Below are positions 1 to 11,291 of a DNA stretch of 64,000 bases, piece by piece (position 1 is the stretch's first letter; the number at the start of each line of letters is the position of its first letter). Below the pieces are notes generated by a model. That model was not told where the DNA came from. It saw nothing but the letters and a program-made list of their open reading frames with translations, and ran no database searches. Location: assembly GCA_965240325.2 (NCBI GenBank), contig OZ251226.1, positions 2,790,001 to 2,854,000 on the forward strand, read 5' to 3'. The position numbers were made by a program, and so were the translations under genes. Origin of the DNA: Rebecca billardiae RCC1528. Taxonomy: Eukaryota > Protista > Haptophyta.

Positions 1-141
1 CGCTTTGGCGCACTTCCCGACGTGCACGAGCCGCTCGAAGGCGCGGAAGGGCGCCCAAACGGGGCAACCGCCATTTTGCGCCACTTCGGCCCGGATGGCG
101 GTCAAGGGAAATTGCTGGTGCGCTATCCTCAGAAAAGTTTA

Positions 142-144
<3 letters not shown>

Positions 145-198
<54 letters not shown>
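145..198. repeat. (TA)n microsatellite
   Basis: Perfect AT dinucleotide run in an otherwise GC-rich context. Confidence 0.97.
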
Positions 199-201
<3 letters not shown>

Positions 202-673
202 TGGCCCGCGGTGCCGGGGCGGAGCGCGCAGCGTGGAGCCCGCACCAGCGGGCCCGAACCACGTTTCAAAAAGATCTTTGATCAAGAAAAAAGGGACGGG
301 GGGCGATTTTTAGGGCTGGCGGAGACCGAGTTTCGAGTTTTTGAGATCGCATAGAGAGGTCTATTAGGCCGAAAATAACCGCGCCCAGCTGATTCCCTTA
401 AGTAAAGTGCGATCTGGACGTCAGCTGGACGTGACATTAGTGTAACGGTTCGTTACGAGCGCGATTTTAAGTATGAGATTGCCGCCAACCGCCAACCGAT
501 AAAAACGGCAAGGCAAGGGCTCGGGAAACTTGATCACTTCTAAATGTGAATAGTAAAATGCTCTCCCCGAGCGCGCCTGTCGCCTCGCAGGCCGCGCGTC
601 TCGCTCCCTCTCCCCGAGGCTGAGCTCGCGGCCCGCCTGTCACCTCGCAGGCGCGCGCCACGGACACATGCGC

Positions 674-1938
674 GACGAGATCGCGGCGGGGGCGGCGAGA
701 TCGCGGCGGGGGCGACGGGCAACAACCTGCCCGCGGGCGCGTTCGTCACTCGAGGAGCAGCGCGCAAGGGCGAGCCGAGTCCGGAGCACGCGAGCTCGTC
801 GCTCGCCGACCGGACGGGCGGAGCAGAGCGCGCCGCCCGCCGCCGCCGAGCGAGCGGCGCGGCAGAGCTGATGAGCCGGATGCGCCCGGAGCTCGCGCGG
901 CTGAAGGGCGAGCTCGAGCACGCGAGCTCGCGCCTCGACGCCGAGCCCGAGCTCCTCCTCAACTCAGTCGACGGCGGCGCGGAGGTCCGGCAGCAGCGTG
1001 AGGACTCACAGACAGTGTGAGTGAGCCGCGCGCAGCTCAGCCTGCCGCTGGCAGCCGCCGTCTTCGAGGCCGACGCGGCGGAGGAGGCGGCGGGCGACGA
1101 TATCGCGGCGGGGGCGGCGAGATCGCGGCGGGGGCGACGGGCAACAACCTGCCCGCGGGCGCGTTCGTCACTCGAGGAGCAGCGCGCAAGGGCGAGCCGA
1201 GTCCGCGGAGCACGCGAGCTCGTCGCTCGCCGACTCGCACTCGCAGAGCACGCCGCCCGCCGCCGCCGAGCGAGCGGCGCGGCAGAGCTGATGAGCCGGA
1301 TGCGCCCGGAGCTCGCGCGGCTGAAGGGCGAGCTCGAGCACGCGAGCTCGCGCCTCGACGCCGAGCCCGAGCTCCTCCTCAACTCAGTCGACGGCGGCGC
1401 GGAGGTCCGGCAGCAGCGTGAGGACTCACAGACAGTGTGAGTGAGCCGCGCGCAGCTCAGCCTGCCGCTGGCAGCCGCCGTCTTCGAGGCCGACGCGGCG
1501 GAGGAGGCGGCGGGCGACGATATCGCGGCGGGGGCGGCGAGATCGCGGCGGGGGCGACGGGCAACAACCTGCCCGCGGGCGCGTTCGTCACTCGAGGAGC
1601 AGCGCGCAAGGGCGAGCCGAGTCCGCGGAGCACGCGAGCTCGTCGCTCGCCGACTCGCACTCGCAGAGCACGCCGCCCGCCGCCGCCGAGCGAGCGGCGC
1701 GGCAGAGCTGATGAGCCGGATGCGCCCGGAGCTCGCGCGGCTGAAGGGCGAGCTCGAGCACGCGAGCTCGCGCCTCGACGCCGAGCCCGAGCTCCTCCTC
1801 AACTCAGTCGACGGCGGCGCGGAGGTCCGGCAGCAGCGTGAGGACTCACAGACAGTGTGAGTGAGCCGCGCGCAGCTCAGCCTGCCGCTGGCAGCCGCCG
1901 TCTTCGAGGCCGACGCGGCGGAGGAGGCGGCGGGCGAG
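674..1938 (+). repeat. Tandem array of a 420-bp unit (~3 copies) derived from coding-like sequence
   Basis: 1021-1440 and 1441-1860 give identical translations. The first copy is partly diverged by indels. One TGA per unit, at 1018, 1438 and 1858. Confidence 0.95.
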
Positions 1939-2606
1939 CACGGCGGCGCGGTGGAGCAGGCGCGCACGCGCGGCGGCAGGCGCGACGCGCCGCTCGCCTC
2001 GTTCCACCGCCCCGAGCTCCGCTCGGTCGGTCTCGGTGCGCGGCTGCGCAGCCGGCAGGCCGGCGGGCCAGCAGTCTGCAGTGGCGCGCGCTCTCGCTCT
2101 GCCGGCACGAGGCGTGCCGGCTGAGCGACCAGCGGCCCGTCGTCGAGCGCATGGCGCAGGGCGAGTACCTCAAGCAGGTGCGCCCGCTCGCGCGCACGCG
2201 CCGGCTCGCGACCAGCGGCCCTTCGTCGAGCGCATGGCGCAGCGCGAGCACCTTGCAAGCTGAAGCAGGTGCGCCCGCACGCGCGCACGCGCCGGCCCGG
2301 CGCCGCGCGGCGCCTCTCGCCCTCTCGCCCTGCGCGCGCCGCCGCCCCGCTTCCCCGCGCGGCCCGTCCGCGCCTCTCGCCCTGCGAGCGCGCCGCCCCG
2401 CTTCCCCGCGCGGCCCGTCCGCTGGTGTCCCATGCCACCCTTGGCCGTGCGCGCCCGCATACTCGCGCCGCCAGTCCGAGACTCGGTCGATCGGCTCTGA
2501 CTCTCCCTCTCAGAGTGGCTGAACTGTCTTTCTGACTCGGACTGACTGACTCGTCAGTCTCATTCTCAACCACTGCGCCGCGGGCCCCGAACTGCGTTGG
2601 TTCTAC

Positions 2607-2635
2607 GGAAAAGGACCGCGGAACGCGGTCCTTTT

Positions 2636-2637
<2 letters not shown>
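2607..2637. other. Perfect hairpin GGAAAAGGACCGCG-GAA-CGCGGTCCTTTTCC
   Basis: 14-bp arms at 2607-2620 and 2624-2637, directly abutting the (TA)n tract. Confidence 0.9.
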
Positions 2638-2722
<85 letters not shown>

Positions 2723-2748
2723 TATATATTATATATATATATATATAT
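2638..2748. repeat. (TA)n microsatellite, interrupted
   Basis: ~110-bp AT run with two interruptions. Confidence 0.97.
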
Positions 2749-2817
2749 CGACGATCCCAGAATTATAGTATATCATCGGTATCACGGTCTATTACACTGT
2801 GGACCGCATCACTCTGA

Positions 2818-4773
2818 GTAGGTGGGTCCCTGGCGATTTTCCAGCGGTCTTTTAAACATTTACCGGGCGGTTCTCTGGCCGGATTTCTTTCGCGCGGGGC
2901 GCGGCTCGGGAAAATCGCCGGGCCGCCGGCCGAGGTCCGATCTGAACGCTCCCGACGATGTCGGAGTGCCTCTCCAGCGCGACCGAGCCGCCGTGTGTCG
3001 GGTAGACTACTGCCAACACCTATCGCGCGCTCCAGCGCTTTGCGCGTGCTCACGGATGGGATCCGTGGTCACACATCCCCCGCCTGGCACGTGCCCGCAT
3101 GTTTGACTCTCGCCCGGCTAGACGCGTACAGACAACTTGAATCGATCGGCAGGTGTTCGACCCGTGCCTTCGAGCAGGGTCACTTTTCGCTACAGGCGGG
3201 TCAGGCGACGGGAGGCATGGGTCACCATCAGGCATGTGCATACTCTTGACGCTCCCGCCATCTTGAGCAGCTCTACGCACCGTGAAGGTGACAATTGGGC
3301 TGCGCGCAAGCTGCTCGTGAGAACGCACGACAGCCAGCCCCGGGCTCTCGGGGAGCCATGTGAGCGATTGGCGACTTCCGAGAGGGCGTGTTTGGTGGGG
3401 GTTGGTACCAATCATCGACCAGCAGGCCTGGGATGGGTGCACTGAGGACTTGGGATGCTGAGAAGCCGCCGCGATGTGCATCGAGCACGCTGACTTGCCA
3501 TCCGTGTGCACGATCAAGCGCCAGGAAGATCAGCAGGGCCTTTGACAGCGGCAGCAGGCGCTCAGCGATCCTTCCCTATGCCGAGTGTGGGCATAATATG
3601 CGGTGCTCGAGCGTGGTCGCAGGATATGGGTCCATTCTTGACAGAACGCGGTCGCGTTGACAGGCGCGGGTGCCACCCCACGCTGTTGCTCCTGCCATCG
3701 GGTGGTCCCACTCGTTCCGCTTGTTATCTGCGAAGACTCGTACTCAGCAAATCTACGGCTAGGCGTGGTAGACCCCTCAGACGCATGTCTGATGATTGCC
3801 CAGCACGTTCTCGTCGTCACGTTGGGTGTACTTGAGCGAGCGGAAGCCGCAACGTGATGGCTAGGCCAGCAGCTCAACCATCTGACGTCTCGCCGGCCAA
3901 CTGGCTGAGTGCTCTCAGCCTAGCAGCAGCGTCGGTGAACCTATCGTATTGCTGCCTGGCAAGAAGATTGTAGGAGGTATCGTCGACGGCATGGGCTGCA
4001 GCTGCGGTAGTCGTGGACTGGTGGCGGCCTCACGCGGGTGGGCATACGACGACCGGTGACACGCGGAGTACGAGCACGGAAGCCGCCGAGCGCGGCAAGC
4101 TCCGGCGGTGGCGTTGGCTGATAGTCCAGCCTCGACGGCGGAGGGCTCCCGTGTGACGGCGGTGGCATGCTCGGTGGCGGGCGATGATGCGTGCCTCGGC
4201 ACGCAGCCCGCCACAAACACTGCCACTCGCAGGCAGTCCGGTTGCGGCCCGGTTTGCCTGTGTCCGCGTCGCTCGGCGCCTATTCGATGACCCAACAAAC
4301 GTACCCACATATCGGAACGAATTTGAATATATAGTGAGCCACATCCACGGTCAATATAAAGTGGGTAACCGTCGTTATATATACGGGTAATTGGCTATAT
4401 ACAAAGTGGGTAATCTGCTCGATCTTGCTGTAGTTTGTTGGAGGTATCCGCGCACAGCATAGAGCCCCACTCTTTGCTTCATAAAATGGTTCGGTCGGGT
4501 GTCAACGGTTGCCAATAAGTCGTTCCGATCGCATGTCGCCATCTAGCCACCATAACCATTAAGTAACGCTTCGCAAAATCTCTATGTGACACTAGTGGCG
4601 CGGCGCGCGCGCGCTCGGCCGCGCGACGGCACGCGGAGTAGGTTTTGAGGTCGAAATTTTTGCTCCGCCCCGATGGGACGCATTTATAGCGTCGATTCTG
4701 GGTGAGAGACGAAATCTAGGACGCCATTCTGAGTGCGCCAGAACATCGCCCCAGTTGGGAGGGACCCACCTAC
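2818..4773. mobile_element. Degenerate TIR DNA transposon (hAT-like, tentative)
   Basis: 14-bp inverted repeats GTAGGTGGGTCCCT (2818-2831) and AGGGACCCACCTAC (4760-4773). The 8-mer CACGGTCT lies at 4773-4780 and 2783-2790. The interior is lower in GC and riddled with stops. Confidence 0.5.
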
Positions 4774-5617
4774 ACGGTCTGAGAGTCTGACGACTGCCAG
4801 TGGCGTCCTGGACCTGACTGAGACTCACGACCGGGGCCGGGCACCGCGCCGCGGCACTGACCGGCCCCGGACCGCGTCCGCGGCGGCCTGCCGGCTGCCG
4901 CTGCGCCGGCCACTCGGACGCCAGAGGCCAGTCGCCAGTGCCCGGGCAGACGAGGCTCATCAGACGCTCAGTGACTCAGTGAGATGATGAGATGGCAATA
5001 ACGGCCGGGCAACAGCGCCCCGTGGCACAGCCAACATGCACTCACCAGTCGGCGGAGATATATATCATTATATGTGCTATAGTAGTTGAGTAAGTTGTCA
5101 GTTGACAGCGCAATGCGCATCTGCCCTGCGGCCGCCCCGCCGCCGCCCCGCGGCCGCGAGTGTCGTCGGTGGCACTGGGGCCTGACTCGGCAGCGCGTCG
5201 TGCCGACTCGTGGGTGAACTGGCTGACTAGTGAAGGCCCCGCCCGCCCTGACGCGGGACGACACTCCGGACAGCCCTGTGTGACAGAGTCAGAGTGACCG
5301 GGCGTGAACCGAGCCCGCATCCGACTCGTCAGACCGTGCTTAAGCGGCGGGCATAAGCGACATCAATCAAGGCTAGCTAGTCGCCACTGGCACTGTGACA
5401 TTGTCATTGACTCACATTGTCACAGTCGCGTGCTGTGGTTGCTGACTGGCCATAGCCAGACACCAGTCTACTCGCCAGATGCCGGCATCGAGCGTGTGTT
5501 TGCGCGCGCAGTCGGCAGTGGTAAGCCGAAGTGGAGCAGCTCGCCTCGCTGCAGCCCAAACGGGCAAGGGACGTGTCCGTCGCCCGCGGCCGCCGCCCAG
5601 GGCGCGCCCCCGCGCGC

Positions 5618-8600
5618 TCAGGCACCGAGCATGTCGACGACGACAAAGGATTCGAGAAAGGCCTGGTATCTGATCATGTTGTTGTCGTCCCGCGGGCAGT
5701 GGCTTGCGAGGGTCTCGATCTGGTCCCGCGTGAAGGGCTCGTCCGCCGGCTTGCCCTTGGAGATGACCTCGCCCACGCTCGCGACCGCCTGCACAAAGTC
5801 CTCTGGCGAGATGCGCATCTCCTCGTCCTTGTCAAAGAACTGGAACGCCTTGGTGAGCGCGTGCTGCTCCGCGTAGATGTGCGTGCAGATCTGCGCGCGA
5901 GCACGCGACGCGCGCAGGTGGGAGGAGACCGCGCGGGCATCTGAGCACACCGCCCGCGCGCGCGCATGTGCACGCCCGATGCCGAGCGCGCGCGCGCGCG
6001 CGCGCGGGGCGGGGCGGGCGTGGCGCGCTCACGTGCTGGATGAGCGCGCTGTTGCTCCCCTGCAGGTCGGTGCCGGAGTTGGTGCTCGCGGCGGAGAAGA
6101 GCGGGAGGAACTCGAGGAAGCAGATGTGCCCTGTGCCGCACACGTCGATCCGCCGCGCAAGGTACTTGGCGTGGTCCCGCGTGATGTCCGCCACCTTGCC
6201 CTTGTTGTGCTTGGGGTCGCGCAGCAGCTCGAGCACCGCGTCGGCAAACTCGTCGTAAGAGAGGTAGCCGTCGCCGTCCTTGTCGATCATCTGCCACAGC
6301 TGCTGCGAGACGACGTTGAGCTCGGTCGGCGAGAGCTTGCCGTCGTTGTCGGTGTCCACGATACCCGTCAGCAGCTCGGACACGTGCTGCACGCCGTCCA
6401 CCTGCGTGCCGTCCGCCAGCTTGATGGTGCCGTCGCCGTGGTAGTCGCCAAAGACCGAGCCTCGGCGCGAGCCGGGCTGCGCGCCGCCCGAGGTGGTGCG
6501 CTGGATGCTGCTGCCCGAGGTGGTCTTCGGGTTGTGGATGGGCGAGTTGACCTGCGACTGCGGCACGCCGTCGTGGCACATCACGAAGAGCTGCGAGATG
6601 AACTCGCTCGCCTTGAACGACGCGCCCTCGTCCATGTTCATCCACAGCAGCGCGCGCTCGAGCTGCGGGCGCGCGAGCGCGAGGTCAAACGAGGAGAGCA
6701 CCTCGAGCACCTCCGCGCCCGAGACGGAGCCGTCCGCGTCCTTGTCGAAGCGCGACTTGAGCGATTCGAGCGAGAGGTCGGACTTCTGCAACGCGCCGTA
6801 CACCTTGGACAGCACGTTCGCCTGCCAGCCCGCGTACGCCTCGTGCAGCCGGATCTGGTAGCGCTCGAGCGACTTGACGATGTCGACCATGTCGCTCCTG
6901 CCGTCCGTGTCGCTCAGCGCCTCGGTGACGACGAGGGACTTGCCGTACAGCGGCCAGTCGATGGGCACGTTGAGCACCTCGCTCGTCACGTTCTGCCACT
7001 GCTGCAGCGTGATCAGCCCCTCGCCCTTCGTGTCCACTGCGCGGCGGCGCGGGGCGGCGCGGCGCGGCGCACGTGCGCGCGCGCGCACGCGCGTGTGAGC
7101 GGCGTGCCCGGCGGCGGCGCGCGGCGGCGGCGCGCGGCGGCGGCGGCGGCGGCGGCGGCGCGCGGCGGCGGCTCGCGCGGCGCGCACGCTTGTGGAAGGC
7201 GCGCATCAGCTCGGCGCGGTGCAGGCAGATGCGCTCCTTGAGCTGGCGCACGATCGCCACGTCCATCCCCGCGATCCCCGCGCCGGTCTTCTTCGTCTCC
7301 GCGTCGGGCACGTAGTCGGAGATGGTGGTGGTGCCGAGGCCGCCCTTGAGCGCCACCTGCCGCTCGCGCGCGTGTCCGCCCCAGCGCGCGGAGCGCATCT
7401 GCGCGAGGGCGATGTCGTGGATGCCGAGGCCCTTCCTCTTGCCGCCCCCGCCCGCCGCCTGCGCCGCGCGCTTCTTCGCCTCCTTCTCGCGCTGCGCCTT
7501 CGACTCGTCCCACGTCGACTGCAGCACGTCCATCGGCGGCGCCCTGTACTCCCACACCTCCGACATGCCGCCGCGCAGGATCAGGATCGCGCCGTGGTTG
7601 GCGCACACGCCGCAGTAGTTCGACGCGGAGAAGATGGTGAGCACCTTGTTCGCGTGGTGCAGCATGTACCCGCGCTGCTTGGGCGGCAGCTGGTGCGAGC
7701 GGATCACGAGCGACAGCCCGTTCAGCGCGAGGAACTTGCTCGTCGCGATGTCGTCGAACGAGTAGCACACGCCGCCGCGGCCCGAGCCCGCCGGCTCGCC
7801 GTCCGCGGCCGGGTCGGCCCAGAGCGAGTCGAAGAGGATGGTCTCGTCGAGCGTGAGCGGCAGGTCGGGGCACTGCATCTCGCGCTCCACCTTCTTCATC
7901 TGGTCCAGCGTCGGGTTGAGCCGGCACAGCCCGCCGTGCACCACGAGGCACTCGTCGCCGAGCACGGTCGCGAGCGGCAGCGCGCAGAAGAACTGCTGGA
8001 AGAGGTGGAAGATCTCGCGGTCGTACTTGGAGCGCACCTCGTTGGCGAAGCCGCCGCCGTTCTTGGCGGGGCGCTCGTTGATGTCGGCGTTCTCGTGGTT
8101 CCCCCGGTTGATGTAGATGCACTCGTCGCACGCCAGCTTGTACGAGAGCAGCAGCAGGCAGATCTCGACGGCCGCGGGCCCGCGGTCGGCAATGTCGCCG
8201 TTGAAGAGGTAGCAGTTGGTCGGCGAGGGCGGCCCGTGCACCGAGAAGATGTAGAGCACGTCGGCGAGCTGGCCGTGCGTGTCGCCGACGACGATCAGGG
8301 TCTTCCCCGAGTCCTGCGCCGGCACCGGCACCTTCATCACCGACGGCATCGCGCGGAACACCTCGATGCCCTCGCGCAGGATGGCCTCGACGTACGACAC
8401 GTGCGTGAGGTCCGCGCCCGACTGCGACTGCCGCACGAAAAAGTCGAGGAGCGCGTCGGCCTGCTCGATGGTCCACGGACCCTTGAGGTGCGGCCCCGTG
8501 TACTTCTCGGGCACGTCGTTCTGCGCGGCCGAGTGCGCGCGCGCGCATGCGTGCGGAGGGGCCGAGCGCCCGCGCGCTCAGCGGCTGCCGGCAGGCGGCA

Positions 8601-8969
8601 AGCCCGCCGCGTGTGGGGGCCGGCCACGCCGCGCGCCATCGACTGGCACACGCGGCGTCGTGCCGCGCGGTGGCTGGGTGGCGCGCGCTGCCCGTGCGCA
8701 CGCAACGCTCTCGTGCCCGTCGCGTCGCGACGCACCCGCCCCTTCTTCTTTGAGCTCACGAGCCGCTTGCGATCCTGCTGCTCCTGATTCTTCTCCGGAT
8801 ACATGGCCGACAGCTTGTTCTGCACGCTCGTGGCCGTCTTCTGGGCCTCGAGGAAGTCGTGCTCGTCGTTCTCCTCGGACTGAGCCCACGCGCCGTACGT
8901 CCGCTCGGTCCGCTGATCGGCGTCCTGCTTATCGTCATCGTCCTTGGGACGCGAGGGCGAGCACCCCAT
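5618..8969 (-). CDS. PPEF: Ser/Thr protein phosphatase with EF-hands (PPEF/RdgC family); exons 8969-8736, 8520-7188, 7036-6033, 5890-5618
   Basis: N-terminal MGC acylation motif. PPP motifs GDTHG, GDIADRG, RGNHE, HGG, IRSH, SASNY. Multiple C-terminal EF-hands (DTKGEG, DKDADG, DTDNDG, DKDGDG, DVCGTG). GT-AG introns restore the frame. Confidence 0.9.
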
Positions 8970-9556
8970 TCTGCGCCTGGCGCAGCCCCGCCACGCCGAC
9001 GCAGGCGCGCGCGATCGGAGGTCAGACGCGGGGGGGCGCAGCGGTGGCGCTTGCAGCCGGTCCGTTTGAGTGCCCCAACGCGCGCCGCGCCGCACCGGCG
9101 GCCTTCCGGCGTGCACGCCCCCGCCCGGGAAACTGACGCGGCCCAGAGTAGGCCGCCCCACTGTTGAGGGAGGTGGCCACCCCGATGAACCAGCAATGCT
9201 CACCAGCGGACCAGCCGCTTGAGGCGGGTAATAAGGCAGAGCAAGCACTCACAATCTCGTCCTATGCGGTGGGCGCCTTTTGGGAGAAATGGCCGCCGGC
9301 AGCCATAAGTGCGCAGCGAGCTCTGTAACGACGACGTTGCGACCACCGCACGCGCCGGTGAATAAAAATAACCGCGGCTGGAGGCTGCGACGTTGCTGAT
9401 GTGATTAGTTTTAGCCGCAGCGGCCCCGGGAAACAGTCCTGCCAAGGGTAAAAACCCTTGGTCCTGCCCCGGTGCCGCGCCGCGCAAGATACGTATCCAT
9501 CCATACCCCCATAATATCGTTGACGCGCGCGCGCCTCGAGCTCGCCTGCAGGCGCG

Positions 9557-11113
9557 ATGTTCATGCTGCTGACCACGACCCTGCTGGGGGCACTCGGCGC
9601 GCGGCCTGATTGCAATGCCGCGCGAGGGCTCGCGACAGTTCACATCGGCCCGATGAAGACGGGGACATCGACGATCCAACGCGCGATTGTGTGCAACACG
9701 AAGCTCCATCGGGGCTTGTTCTATTCCGACGCTCTCGTGATGCCACCGCCGACGGCTCTTACTGAGAGCTCGTGCCAGCACTCGTGGCTCGCGGAGGAGC
9801 TGGAGCGCCGAGACCGTCGCGGCGACACTGGCACGGCTTCGGGGCGCAATTGGCATCGCTTTGTCGAGAACGCTACCGCTGCCACCACGCCCGGCTCGCC
9901 ATGGCATGCCCACCACCTCCTACTGAGCTCGGAGGTGTTCAGCGAACCTCGTGTGGACATTCCGGCGCTGTTGGGCGTGCTGCGCCCGGGCTTCCGCGTG
10001 CGCGTGGTGGTCGCGTATCGCAGGTTTTTCGACTGGGCCATGTCGTTGTACTTGTGGGAGCAAAGGCTCCGCGGCCAAGCCGACTGGGACGGCTTCGCCC
10101 GCGACACCTACATGACTTTCCCCGAATGGATGCGCTCAAAGTGGCGGCGTGCAACTGTTGTCAAGTGGACAGGCGCGGCGCACCGTCGGTGGACAGCTGC
10201 GCTTGGCAACTCGACGACAGACGACATCGTGACCATTCCCATCGACGAGCTGCGCAGCCCTCTCATCGAACACTTCGTGTGCATGAACATGTGCGCCCCG
10301 CGTGCTTGCCGCTGGCTGAGGGATGACGACGATGGGCGCGAAGTGGCCGCGGCACACGAAAATGCAGCAACGCCCCGCTCATACCAGTTGGTGGTTGACG
10401 TGGCCATGGAGGCGGTACGAAGCGGCGCGCTGCGCGACGAGACGAACGCCTCGTTGGGCCGCGTGCCTCCGATGCGAAGGGTGATCTCTCGGGTCCACGA
10501 GTACTTCTTGGCCGGACGGCTCGGCGCCAACATTCCGCTCGCGTGTGCGGATGCCGACCAACTCGAGCAGCTGTGGCGTTTCTCACGCGAGGAGGACGCG
10601 AGACTCATCCCCAATGCGCCCGGGCGTCAGGCGCGGCTCAGGCAGGCGTTCGAGCAGGCGGTCAACTCGAGCACCTTCTGCTCGGCTGACGCGCGCAAGG
10701 TGCTTGCTCCACGGCCGCGTCCCGTGCCCATCCATGTCATCCCCCCCATCAACGTCTCCGCCGTCCTCTCCGCGAATGGCTCCGCCGCCAACGTGTCCGC
10801 CACCGTCTCCGCCACCAACGTCTCAGCTGCCAACGTCTCCACCACCAACGTCTCCACCACCAACGTCTCCGCCACCAACGTCTCCGCCACCAACGTCTCC
10901 GCCACCAACGTCTCCGCCACCAACTTCTCCGCCACCAACGTCTCTGCCACCAACGACTCCGCGAACATCACCGCCAACGTATCATCCGCCAACATTTCTG
11001 CTAATGTCTCACACGGTCACGAGCAGAGGCATGCCCCGATGATCGAGAGCGTGTGGCTGCGGGCACTGCGTTTCGCTTTCCGCCGCGAGTCTGGTCGCCG
11101 AGGGTACTCCTAA
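9557..11113 (+). CDS. Secreted/Golgi sulfotransferase-like protein with a C-terminal NVSAT repeat
   Basis: Signal peptide MFMLLTTTLLGALGA, HIGPMKTGTSTIQ (PAPS-loop-like), LLLSSE and VVVAYRRFFDW motifs. Confidence 0.7.
   Translation: MFMLLTTTLLGALGARPDCNAARGLATVHIGPMKTGTSTIQRAIVCNTKLHRGLFYSDALVMPPPTALTESSCQHSWLAEELERRDRRGDTGTASGRNWHRFVENATAATTPGSPWHAHHLLLSSEVFSEPRVDIPALLGVLRPGFRVRVVVAYRRFFDWAMSLYLWEQRLRGQADWDGFARDTYMTFPEWMRSKWRRATVVKWTGAAHRRWTAALGNSTTDDIVTIPIDELRSPLIEHFVCMNMCAPRACRWLRDDDDGREVAAAHENAATPRSYQLVVDVAMEAVRSGALRDETNASLGRVPPMRRVISRVHEYFLAGRLGANIPLACADADQLEQLWRFSREEDARLIPNAPGRQARLRQAFEQAVNSSTFCSADARKVLAPRPRPVPIHVIPPINVSAVLSANGSAANVSATVSATNVSAANVSTTNVSTTNVSATNVSATNVSATNVSATNFSATNVSATNDSANITANVSSANISANVSHGHEQRHAPMIESVWLRALRFAFRRESGRRGYS
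10751..11010 (+). repeat. 15-bp coding minisatellite (ACCAACGTCTCCGCC) encoding (TNVSA)n
   Basis: Tandem units are directly visible in the sequence. Confidence 0.9.
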
Positions 11114-11291
11114 AGTCTGGACAGTCAGGACTGTTAATTATTCTGGTGAACACAGCTTTAAACAATTTTAATTCGTGAGAAAGCCCTGGGAGACCCAGCT
11201 CCGACCCCCTTTAATTGGGTGTGACGTACTGCTGTCCCAAGTAATACCGGAGTAGGAATACGAACAATGGGGCCTCAAACGTTTTTTGATT

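Larger units (their letters stand above)
199..2637. mobile_element. Putative non-autonomous element between (TA)n tracts, carrying decayed and duplicated gene fragments (Helitron/Pack-like, tentative)
   Basis: Bounded by (TA)n on both sides. Contains a 420-bp tandem array and a duplicated exon|GTGCGC donor fragment (~2127-2296). Ends in a perfect 14-bp hairpin at 2607-2637. Confidence 0.4.

Noticed and set aside
540-2573. 677-aa minus ORF across the 420-bp array
   Set aside because: Starts at a non-ATG codon, is Ser/Arg/Ala-rich, and is explained by repeating a stop-free 3n unit.
2597-2821. Poly-(IY) ORF
   Set aside because: Translation of the (TA)n microsatellite.
3700-3900. Minus-strand VFADNKRNEWD resembling an LTR-retrotransposon integrase
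   Set aside because: Isolated short match with no other integrase or RT motifs and no LTRs; the TIRs favour a DNA element.
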